From positions 1 through 64,000 of IMG/VR virus record IMGVR_UViG_3300031857_000038: a stretch of DNA of 64,000 nucleotides; one strand, given 5' to 3'. This document shows positions 1-8,151 of the stretch, piece after piece (the stretch's first letter is position 1; each line of letters opens with the position of its first letter). The translations under genes and the position numbers were made by a program. The notes under the pieces are model-generated. The model made no database searches and was not told the origin of the DNA. It was given only the letters and a program-made list of their open reading frames with translations. The DNA comes from a virus.

Positions 1-21
1 TTCATACTTTTTAATATCCAT
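1..21 (-). CDS. 5' end of a gene running off the left edge (MDIKKYE...), possibly a head/scaffold protein
   Basis: ATG at 21-19 on the minus strand, preceded by SD-like AGGAGA and a TAAGTA motif (60-65). Only 7 codons are visible; product guessed from position downstream of the portal. Confidence 0.45.
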
Positions 22-130
22 TGAAATGTTCTCCTGATACAAATGGCTTTGTGTAGACTTACTTATGCCGTAGTCAGAAAAAGTACTCAATAACTATGTA
101 TTTTTTGAGTTTTTAGTATAGATATGTATT

Positions 131-364
131 TTAGGCTGCGGGGCCGCCGGCAGCTTGCTCAGGCTTTGCACCATATTGCTTACGAACATTTTCTAGGTAT
201 TTTTGCTTTTCGTAGTTTCTTACGTCTAGCATTCTACGAAGCTTGCGAATTTGCTTTAGAGTTAGTTTTGTTTTTCTTGATGTTCTATAGGTAGGCTTGC
301 TGTTATCAGCGTTAACATCTTGCATCCCGTTAATAGGGGCGTCAAACATTTCTAATAGATTCAT
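131..364 (-). CDS. small basic hypothetical protein (head module)
   Basis: 77-aa ORF with a basic helix (RKTKLTLKQIRKLRRM), directly downstream of the portal; TAAATA motif 5 nt before the ATG. Confidence 0.75.
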   Translation of the reverse strand: MNLLEMFDAPINGMQDVNADNSKPTYRTSRKTKLTLKQIRKLRRMLDVRNYEKQKYLENVRKQYGAKPEQAAGGPAA

Positions 365-379
365 AAAACTATTTATCTT

Positions 380-2167
380 TTAGATTTGCATTCCGCCGCC
401 ACCTACTGGGCCTGCTGCTCCACCTGGAACTGCTGCTCCGCCTGCGTCACCTACTGGGCCCGCTGCTTCTAGTCCCTCAGCGCCCATTTCTTCACTGGAT
501 TCAATCTCATCAGCAGTTTCCATATCTGCTTCAAAGTCACCAGTTGATACACCGATGTTACGTAGATCGCTGCCGCCTGGTTCTTCAGTAACTTCTTCTT
601 TGTTTTCTTCTTCCCAAAGCTTTTCGTTACGCTTGATTTCTTCTTCTGTTAGACCCAAGAATCTTTCAAGTGCAAAACGCTTTGAAATGTATGGAAGACC
701 TTCCATGCTAGTGAATGTACCAACTCTAGCATTATCTAATTCGCTTTGGCGATATGCAGCAAAGTTCTGCGGAGGATTGAATACTAATTGGAATAGACTT
801 GTATCAATATTGAAGCCTCTCCAACGCAAGAACAGTTTGAATTCTTCATCAAACTTCAATGCCATGTAGTTCTGCAAACGTTCGCAATACTGATTGAATC
901 TGAATTCTTGAATCATCGCAGTACCGACACGACCATCGCTCAACGGTGTAGTGTTGTCATCGGGGCCAGTTGGCAAGTATGATGACGGAACACGTAGACC
1001 ACGGGCAAGACGATTGTTGAAGTAACGCAAGTCGTCAATCTCGCCTAGATTCTGTCCGCCTGGAAGAACTTCAACGCTTGAACCACGACCTTCTGCTGTT
1101 ACAGGGAAGAAGTAGTCTTCGTTCATTGATAGTGGGTTATATGTAGCGTCAACGATTGATGAGCCACCGTATACTGAAGGAATTCTGCGCTGGTGAATTT
1201 CATTCTTAACACGTTCAACGAATGCCATAGCTAAGTGACTTGGCATGTTACCAACGTCAATCTTGAACATTCTACGTTCAGGAGCACGCTGTACACGATA
1301 GATTAGAACAGCGTCTTCTAATAGTTCTTTCTGCTTGTAGACCTTAAAGATATTCTCAAGAATCGACTGACCAAACGGCCAGAATCTATCAAGCCCTTCT
1401 GTCAATGACAAGTGAAGAATATGCTTACTGTCTACCGCAGACTCGCTCTGTCCTAATGTGAAACGTGATCCTGTAGTGTTGTATGGCATAGCAGGAACTG
1501 TGTATGGAGTGTTAGTTCCGCCGCCAGTGCCGCCTAAACCAGTAGCAGGGTTAGCTGCAAAGTCTGTATTCGTTTTCTGTGCAACGCTTAAGTTTTGTAG
1601 GTTGACGTTGATATCTTTCAATACATACTGTTCGGGCTTCTTGCCTTCTGATTCGTTAACGATTACTTTGATAACCTTAACCATGTCAACCCAGTAAAGC
1701 TTGAAGTTTTCTGGGTCACGAACAAATACTTGGTCGCCGTACTTAATGATGTTGCGGAAAATCTTGAACATACGAACATCAAACTCATTGAGCTTGCACC
1801 ATTGCTGCAATTGCTTAGTCAATAGTTCTACTTCATGAGGAGTAGGATCTTCTTTGAATTCAAAGCTGAATGGTGTCTTATTGTGTTCGTTACGCTGAGT
1901 AGAGAATTCTGAGATAATGTCTAAGCAAGCATTGATTTCAGCGTCAACGTCCATCATTTCATATTGGTTGTAACGCTCAATTCTGTTTGGGTGTCCTGTA
2001 TAGACTTCTGGAAGTCTGGACATATAGTTCTTGTAACCAAAATCAGTGTTGCTATAGCCGCCTGACATTGACCCATCTTGGCCGTTCCAAGCACCGCTGT
2101 TGCTGTTCATGCCAGAGATAGGGCTTGATACGCCTGACTTGTTTAAAAACTTTTTCTTATATGACAT
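380..2167 (-). CDS. gp20: portal vertex protein, T4 gp20-like
   Basis: EDAVLIYRVQRAPERRMFKIDVGNMP, SMNEDYF, VEVLPGGQNLGEIDD and GLRVPSS match hallmark T4 gp20-family segments; acidic/Gly-rich C-terminal tail. Confidence 0.93.
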   Translation of the reverse strand: MSYKKKFLNKSGVSSPISGMNSNSGAWNGQDGSMSGGYSNTDFGYKNYMSRLPEVYTGHPNRIERYNQYEMMDVDAEINACLDIISEFSTQRNEHNKTPFSFEFKEDPTPHEVELLTKQLQQWCKLNEFDVRMFKIFRNIIKYGDQVFVRDPENFKLYWVDMVKVIKVIVNESEGKKPEQYVLKDINVNLQNLSVAQKTNTDFAANPATGLGGTGGGTNTPYTVPAMPYNTTGSRFTLGQSESAVDSKHILHLSLTEGLDRFWPFGQSILENIFKVYKQKELLEDAVLIYRVQRAPERRMFKIDVGNMPSHLAMAFVERVKNEIHQRRIPSVYGGSSIVDATYNPLSMNEDYFFPVTAEGRGSSVEVLPGGQNLGEIDDLRYFNNRLARGLRVPSSYLPTGPDDNTTPLSDGRVGTAMIQEFRFNQYCERLQNYMALKFDEEFKLFLRWRGFNIDTSLFQLVFNPPQNFAAYRQSELDNARVGTFTSMEGLPYISKRFALERFLGLTEEEIKRNEKLWEEENKEEVTEEPGGSDLRNIGVSTGDFEADMETADEIESSEEMGAEGLEAAGPVGDAGGAAVPGGAAGPVGGGGMQI

Positions 2168-2202
2168 AGGTAGAATTCTTCACTTTATAATTAGTATTTA
2201 TG

Positions 2203-5200
2203 TTAAACCATACTGTTCCTTAATATTCTAGTGCGAGTAGAATTGCCGTCATCTAAGGCATCAATCATGTTATCAAGCTTTCTTGTTAGAACGTCTATCA
2301 TTTCTTTTTGTGCGAAACTCATACGGTCAAGTGCTTCTCTTGTAACATTAGATCCCAACATTCCGTCAGTTCCGTCTGCTGCGGCAGGAGTCTTGGCTAA
2401 TCTCATCAAAATTGAATCCATGTTAAGCGGAGTCACTACTTCAGTTCCGTGCAACGTTGCTGGATATCCGCTAGCAGGGCCGCTGACGATTCCGCCTTTA
2501 GCTAATTCAATGTGTAAGTGATCTTTATGATCTTCTGTTCCCCAAATTACTTCAAATTGTTGAGCCGTTAAACGGTCCCTTAAGGCATCAAATCGTGCTT
2601 TTCTAGGTGGATCATTCCATTCTGGACCTTGCCCATCTATATTAATGTCAAGGGCTCGTCCACTATAATGTAATGAACCATCCTTATGACCGCCCGTTGG
2701 ATTAAAATCTGGGTGCCCCGATACATTAAACCCTTCACCTTTTAATGTCATAGCCAATTGTCTGATTCGCTGTTGTTGAGAACCACCTAAAACACGATCA
2801 ACTTCAGAACCAAAAAATGCACTTTGTTCAGATAAATTTCTGCCACCAAATTGGCTAATGTTAGTGTCTTCGGGGTACATGCTTGGGTTGTTTCTAATAA
2901 AGGCTTCCATTGTCATATTAGGATTCGTCGTCAATTCTCGTTGAAATTTTGTGAACCCGGCAATACCTAAGTGATGTGCTCCTCTCATTTCTGCATTAGT
3001 AGGAGCTCTTCCTAATCTGCTTGTTACATCTGCGATAGCTCCTCTAGCGTGTATTCTAGCTAATAGTTCGTCAGCTTGTTCTGCTTGAGGACTCAAAAAT
3101 GCAGTACCTTCTTTATTAACAAGTTGATCTAACGTAGGTGTAGATGTAAATCCTAACCTAGCTAATTCAGCCCTTTCTTGATCAGTCGCATATTTCGTAA
3201 ATGCGTCCGATCGGGCGGCCTGACCCATACCGTATGCGCCGCCAATAGTCGGGGCGCCACCCAACTTAGTCGCCCTAAGGTGTTTTCCTCCTCCACTTTC
3301 TAGTGCTTTATTAAACGCCATCATACTTTCTACGGTAGCGAGTGAATTTGCACTGCCACCGACTGAGGCTCCTTGAAGCTGTGTCAAACTTGTTCCAATT
3401 TGATTTACAAGACCCTTCATTGCATCCTTTAAGGTTGTAACCATTAAGGCAGCAGAATCCATAGCGTCGGTAAACTTTTTGAACAATGCAGTTTGTTGCT
3501 TCATTTGTTCTTGGGAATTCTTTGATAGAATCTTACGCTGTTCGATATCCTTGATTGTTTGATCAGTACTGTTGGCGAAATTTTTAGTATTGCTAGCGAG
3601 AGCCTCGTTGTTTTCTGTGGTGGCTTCTTTACGCTTTTCTATTTCTTCAGTTGTCTGCCCGCCAGTAGACGCACTGACAATTTTTTCATAACTTTCTTTG
3701 TTAGTTTTAGCAAGTTCAGCCACCGTATTTTTGAAGTCTGCGCTAGCAGTCGCCATTCCTTCACTTGCGGTTTTATTAGTTGTTGCCGCAGTTACTTGTT
3801 TCTCAGTGGCTGCTTTTTGCTCCGGAGTACCCGTTGTGACTCCACCTGTTATATATTCACTAAGCCCAAACGTTAATCCGCTTAATGCACTTTTACCTGC
3901 ATTAGCCATTTTACCACCAAACGAAGCATTAGGATCAGCATTAAATCCTTGGTAAGCATCGTATGCTGCAAAAGCACCTGCTAAAGGCAGAGCTAACTTT
4001 CCTAATATTCTTCCCGCGCCTTTTGCTACGTTCAATATTCTAGAACCTCCGCCGCCCTTAGGTGCTTTAGCAAATCTTCCTTGAGCGTCACGATATCTAC
4101 CGTCTGCACCTTTCTTTGGTGCTCCGCCTCCGCCACCGCCGCCGCCAACTAGCCCCCTAATCCAATTAATTGCACCGCTAAGGGCATTACGTAAACCTGA
4201 AAATACTGATGTTAGACCTTTAGTACCCTTGGCTAAACCGTTAAATAGTGAAACAACAGTTGTTGCTACTTTCATTCCGATGAAAGCACCAGTAATAACA
4301 GCTAAAATAGGGGCCCATTTTTTTACTTCTCCAATAAACCAATCAAAATTATCTTTGACAGTGTTTATAATTTCAAATAATTTTTGAGTTGCCCACTCTA
4401 GTGCTCCTGCAAATTTTGGAACAACGATTTCAGCTAATGCATACATGCTGTCATAGTATAGCTTTTGTATTTCACGTTCTGATGAACGGATCTGCTCAAC
4501 TGCATCAGCCATTGCATCGCCTTCAGCTTCTTTTGCTGCGGCAGCTTTTTTAGATTTTTCTACTTCTTCTTCTAGATTTTTACCTAAATAGTTGTTACCT
4601 TTAGTAATTGCTTCAGTAGAGCCAAGCAATGCTCTAGCAGATTCCTCACCCATAAACTGGAAGGAATCACCAACTCTTTCCACCATATTGTTCTGAAGGT
4701 CTGTTACTTTTTGAGCTTGCTTTAGAGAATCCGCTTGAATATTACCAGAAGTCTTAACGATGTTACTTACTTCGGTAGCACTTACCCCTAATGTTGCTAA
4801 TCCACTTGTGAACTGGTCATATACGCCGGTTCTTGCTAAACGTCCAAACTGAGAACCTATGTCTCTACCATAAGTATCAGTCATCGTTTGGATTAACTGG
4901 GTTCTGTTGTCTTGTTCTTTCTTAATAGCATCCGCAGCTTCGTGTTCGCCGGCAGCACGAAGACGTTGAATCTGTATATTTTCTTGACGAATCTTAACTT
5001 GTTCTTCAAACTCAGCTTTAACAATTTCACGTTCTTGTTGCATCTGTTCAGCAGTTTGACCAGTAAGGTCAGACATGATGATTAAGTTTTTAGCATAGGC
5101 TAATGATTCACGTTGTAGCTGACCTTCTGTTTTTGTTCTGTTTTCTAATGCTTTACCTGAAATACCCTGCATTTGGATATACATGCCTTGCATTTCAAGT

Positions 5201-5934
5201 AATCTATCTTGGTCAACACCCAATCTACCAAATTTGCGACGAACATCATCTGTTACCGCCGCCATTTCCATAAATCTTAATGCACCCTCACCAGCAGAAC
5301 CACCTAAGCTAAGAATGTTTGTGCCGAAGCCAGACATAGTTTTGCTGAGCTTCATTATCTCTTCGCCGGAGAATCTAGCGTTAGATCCTAATTCTTGTAT
5401 GCCAGAGAGAGTTGTAGGTAAGATACCGGCAAATTTAGAAGTTTCGTCTCTAAATTGTACAACACTGTCTACTGACTTAAAGATACCAGCAGCGAAAAAC
5501 CCAAGAGCTTTTGCGGCGCCGCCTACAACCATGCCTAAAACGCCAAAGTTTTTACCAATGTCCCACGCTGCATCGCCAGCATTATCAAACGCATTGCCGT
5601 ATTTTTCTAGATTTTTTTGACCATCAATGAGAGCCTTACCAAAATTTGTAACAGCAGCCTGACCGCTGATTAGTCCTCTAGAGAAATTAGCAGCAGCTTC
5701 AGCGTATTTTTGTTGGGCAACCGCGCCGGCTTCTAATGCCTTTGTAGACCCAGATAGGACTTCAGTTTGCTTTTTAGTAGCTTCAGTGTTGCTTTTTACT
5801 GCATCCGCAGCTTTTGAGGTTGATTGTAGGGAATTCAGTAACTTTGAAGTAGCAGTGGCTTGCTGGTTGAGCAAGTCAACCATTGTTCTCATATGTTCTT
5901 CGTAGTCTCTCTGAATTTCTGGATCCATGCTCAA
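2203..5934 (-). CDS. tape-measure-like virion protein with C-terminal putative peptidoglycan hydrolase domains
   Basis: 1243 aa, Ala/Gly/Gln-rich helical body with hydrophobic segments; RDAQGRF motif; ESGG...GAYG...GRAPT..E...AHHLG (lysozyme-like); SLHYSGRALDI...HKDHLHIE (peptidase M15-like); AKGGIVSGP.SGYPATLHGTE tail motif. Confidence 0.7.
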   Translation of the reverse strand: MSMDPEIQRDYEEHMRTMVDLLNQQATATSKLLNSLQSTSKAADAVKSNTEATKKQTEVLSGSTKALEAGAVAQQKYAEAAANFSRGLISGQAAVTNFGKALIDGQKNLEKYGNAFDNAGDAAWDIGKNFGVLGMVVGGAAKALGFFAAGIFKSVDSVVQFRDETSKFAGILPTTLSGIQELGSNARFSGEEIMKLSKTMSGFGTNILSLGGSAGEGALRFMEMAAVTDDVRRKFGRLGVDQDRLLEMQGMYIQMQGISGKALENRTKTEGQLQRESLAYAKNLIIMSDLTGQTAEQMQQEREIVKAEFEEQVKIRQENIQIQRLRAAGEHEAADAIKKEQDNRTQLIQTMTDTYGRDIGSQFGRLARTGVYDQFTSGLATLGVSATEVSNIVKTSGNIQADSLKQAQKVTDLQNNMVERVGDSFQFMGEESARALLGSTEAITKGNNYLGKNLEEEVEKSKKAAAAKEAEGDAMADAVEQIRSSEREIQKLYYDSMYALAEIVVPKFAGALEWATQKLFEIINTVKDNFDWFIGEVKKWAPILAVITGAFIGMKVATTVVSLFNGLAKGTKGLTSVFSGLRNALSGAINWIRGLVGGGGGGGGAPKKGADGRYRDAQGRFAKAPKGGGGSRILNVAKGAGRILGKLALPLAGAFAAYDAYQGFNADPNASFGGKMANAGKSALSGLTFGLSEYITGGVTTGTPEQKAATEKQVTAATTNKTASEGMATASADFKNTVAELAKTNKESYEKIVSASTGGQTTEEIEKRKEATTENNEALASNTKNFANSTDQTIKDIEQRKILSKNSQEQMKQQTALFKKFTDAMDSAALMVTTLKDAMKGLVNQIGTSLTQLQGASVGGSANSLATVESMMAFNKALESGGGKHLRATKLGGAPTIGGAYGMGQAARSDAFTKYATDQERAELARLGFTSTPTLDQLVNKEGTAFLSPQAEQADELLARIHARGAIADVTSRLGRAPTNAEMRGAHHLGIAGFTKFQRELTTNPNMTMEAFIRNNPSMYPEDTNISQFGGRNLSEQSAFFGSEVDRVLGGSQQQRIRQLAMTLKGEGFNVSGHPDFNPTGGHKDGSLHYSGRALDINIDGQGPEWNDPPRKARFDALRDRLTAQQFEVIWGTEDHKDHLHIELAKGGIVSGPASGYPATLHGTEVVTPLNMDSILMRLAKTPAAADGTDGMLGSNVTREALDRMSFAQKEMIDVLTRKLDNMIDALDDGNSTRTRILRNSMV

Positions 5935-5972
5935 TTCCGGTAATAAAATAAAATAATGGGTTTTTTGCCCAC

Positions 5973-5993
5973 TAAATATCTGTTAGCTATTTA
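5973..5993. promoter_or_regulatory. overlapping divergent late-type promoters (TAAATA on + at 5973-5978, on - at 5988-5993)
   Basis: The motif resembles the T4 late promoter core TATAAATA and lies between two divergent structural genes; a gp55-like sigma factor is encoded in the window. Confidence 0.65.
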
Positions 5994-6029
5994 GTGTTAA
6001 TTAACCGCTAAAATTTTATGAGGAACAAC

Positions 6030-6866
6030 ATGGAAAACAATCCACTACGACAATACTTCAGAAGACCATCAGTCTATCTAAAATTACCCAGCGGGGGAAA
6101 AGGTTACCCCGAAGATGTGTTGGATTTGACTCCAACCGGCGAACTGCCCGTATTTCCAATGACTGCTATTGATGAAATTAGTGCTAGAACACCCGACGCA
6201 CTTTTCAACGGCACAACTGTAGCAGACTTAATCAAGAGTTGTATTCCTAACATTAAGGATCCGTGGAAAATATCAAGCGATGATATGGATGCAATTTTGA
6301 TTGCAATTCGTGCAGCTAGTGTCGGAGACGGATTAGAGGTTGAATCAATCTGCCCATCCTGTACAGAAAAAAGCAATTATAACGTAAATCTTATGGGACT
6401 ACTCAGTACTATTGTTCCCGGTAACTATGATGAAGTATTAGAAGCAGGCAATGTTAAGGTTAAGCTCAAGCCATTGACTTACAAGGACATGAACGCTGGT
6501 GCATTAAAGCAATTTGAAATGCAACGCTATTTTATGGAAATAGAAGCCGAAGAAGACATGGAGAAGAAGAATAAGATGGGAATTGAGGCACTTGAGAAAG
6601 TCACCTTAGTTACTATGGATTTGATTTCCCAGACTGTTGATTATGTTGAAACTCCCGATGGTGAGCGTGTTGATAACCCGGAGTTCATCAGCGAGTTCAT
6701 TAGAAGCTGTGATCGTACTACATTCACTGCAATTCGTGACTTCAATGCTGAACTAAAGAAAAACACCGAAATCAAACCAATTCATACTACGTGTCCATCT
6801 TGTGAACACGAATATGATCAGCCAATCACATTGAACCCAACTGATTTTTTCGGCGAAGGCTTCTAA
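6030..6866 (+). CDS. baseplate hub / tail assembly chaperone, T4 gp26-like
   Basis: NPL.QYFRRP..Y.KLPSGG N-terminus, D.D.ILIAIR.AS.G, two CPSC zinc-ribbon motifs, C-terminal DFF. Start placed at ATG 6030 because GAGGA (6020-6024) precedes it. Confidence 0.8.
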   Translation: MENNPLRQYFRRPSVYLKLPSGGKGYPEDVLDLTPTGELPVFPMTAIDEISARTPDALFNGTTVADLIKSCIPNIKDPWKISSDDMDAILIAIRAASVGDGLEVESICPSCTEKSNYNVNLMGLLSTIVPGNYDEVLEAGNVKVKLKPLTYKDMNAGALKQFEMQRYFMEIEAEEDMEKKNKMGIEALEKVTLVTMDLISQTVDYVETPDGERVDNPEFISEFIRSCDRTTFTAIRDFNAELKKNTEIKPIHTTCPSCEHEYDQPITLNPTDFFGEGF

Positions 6867-7081
6867 CTGCTAACGCCGAAAGCATCAAGAAGCTTATTGA
6901 GACTTACGAACAAGAGGTAGCTGAAATTAAAAAGTCCGCCCTCTCAATGGCCTGGTACATGAGAGGGGGAGCTTCCTACCAAGACATTATGAATATGTCT
7001 GAGACGGAACGTAGAGCAATTAACGATATTATTGAGAACAACTTAGAAATAACGAAGAAATCACAACTTCCATTCTTCTAA
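6845..7081 (+). CDS. -1-frame extension of the gp26-like gene (gp51/gpT-like), likely expressed by programmed frameshift; absent from the ORF track
   Basis: The frame is open from the heptamer T TTT TTC (6845-6851) to TAA 7079-7081 and reads RRRLLTANAESIKKLIETYEQEVAEIKKSALSMAWYMRGGASYQDIMNMSETERRAINDIIENNLEITKKSQLPFF. The first ATG (6947) lacks an SD. Confidence 0.7.
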   Translation, partial: FFRRRLLTANAESIKKLIETYEQEVAEIKKSALSMAWYMRGGASYQDIMNMSETERRAINDIIENNLEITKKSQLPFF

Positions 7082-7089
7082 AGCTTGGG

Positions 7090-7140
7090 AGTTGTTCTTC
7101 GAACAACTTAGACACTCACTACGTTCGGTCTATTCTTTTT
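7090..7140 (+). terminator. two adjacent hairpins followed by a T-tract; possible terminator
   Basis: AGTTGTTC-TTC-GAACAACT (7090-7108), TAGAC...GTCTA (7109-7132), then TTCTTTTT, right after the stop at 7081. Confidence 0.45.
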
Positions 7141-7169
7141 AACAATAAATTCATTATAACATTTAAGAG

Positions 7170-7545
7170 ATATACATTGCCGGTTTAGAAGCCATGGTAG
7201 TGCTCCTGAGGGCACTACCAAAAGCTGAGGTCCTTGCCATGGCCCGTCATCCTTTGCTGTCTTTCCCCGTCATACTAGCTTTACATGCTGTATAACGCCA
7301 CCGGTTGCCCTGTAAAGTTTACTGGGTTGTAGTGAAGCTATAAAGTGGAACTCACTCTATTCTTCGGCAACGCATGTTCTATAGCATCAAGACAGAATAT
7401 CTATAGACTCATTCAAGGTTCGCCTACCGTGCGAGAGCCTTGTCGGTGTTCCCTAGGATCGCTCCTAGGCATACTCCAGAATCCGGCCGCATTCATTCGT
7501 GGTGCAACCTCAAGGAGGACTGTAATAACAGTCATGTCGATGTAA
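7170..7545. ncRNA. candidate large structured non-coding RNA or structured DNA element, unassigned family
   Basis: At least six local stems (7195-7220, 7308-7326, 7379-7406, 7414-7442, 7452-7469, 7518-7533) plus longer-range complementarity (7175-7182/7365-7372; 7189-7195/7239-7245) in a gap between convergent genes. Confidence 0.55.
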
Positions 7546-7565
7546 AAGGGTTCTGTGTTAATAGT

Positions 7566-8114
7566 TTAAATATTGATTGTCAAGATTTCATCTGACTTGG
7601 TGTCGTTTGAGCCTGAGTAAACTTTAAGAAGGTCTTTGTTGAGTTTAAAAAAGTGTTCATGTTCCATAATAATCCACTCACCTGCTGTTTCAGAGTTGTA
7701 GTGGATGAAGTTGTCTGCAATCCAAGTAAACTTAGATTCTACAGCAACAAACTTGCCTTTTCTATTGAACTTCATGAAAAGAATAGAGCAATCGTCGGTT
7801 TCAGCAACATCCATTAGTTGCTTGATCCAGCCATCAATAACTTTACATTCACCTGTCATCAACAAGTGAAACGGAAAGTCAGCATAACTTTTGCATTCTG
7901 CGTTGAACTTAGTAAAAGACTGTCCAGGTACGATATCGCCCTTGAAGCTTCTAACTTGTCCTTCATGAAGAAATTCTTTACGAGACTGATTCTTGCCTCC
8001 CACATACGCACCACTTCCGGGCGCTCTAATAAAACTTTCGTTATACGTCTTTGTTAAGAAGGTTGCAATCTCTCTTTCAAAAGAAGAACCCTTAGCTTTC
8101 TGTGGACTTGGCAT
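7566..8114 (-). CDS. Holliday junction resolvase-like PD-(D/E)xK nuclease
   Basis: KAKGSSFEREIA...RAPGSGA...GDI...ECK motif order typical of Hjc-like phage resolvases; located next to gp46/47. Confidence 0.8.
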   Translation of the reverse strand: MPSPQKAKGSSFEREIATFLTKTYNESFIRAPGSGAYVGGKNQSRKEFLHEGQVRSFKGDIVPGQSFTKFNAECKSYADFPFHLLMTGECKVIDGWIKQLMDVAETDDCSILFMKFNRKGKFVAVESKFTWIADNFIHYNSETAGEWIIMEHEHFFKLNKDLLKVYSGSNDTKSDEILTINI

Positions 8115-8151
8115 ACTCTAATTTATATCTTTCATTCAGTCTTGTAATATT

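Noticed and set aside
7345-7545. 66-aa plus-strand ORF inside the structured intergenic region
   Set aside because: GTG start without an SD, no recognisable motifs, and it overlaps multiple stems; more likely incidental.
7170-7545. Identification of the structured element as tRNA, tmRNA, RNase P RNA or a self-splicing intron
   Set aside because: No T-loop/CCA cloverleaf, no GAGGAAAGUCC, no recognisable group I or II core, and no interrupted flanking gene; left unassigned.
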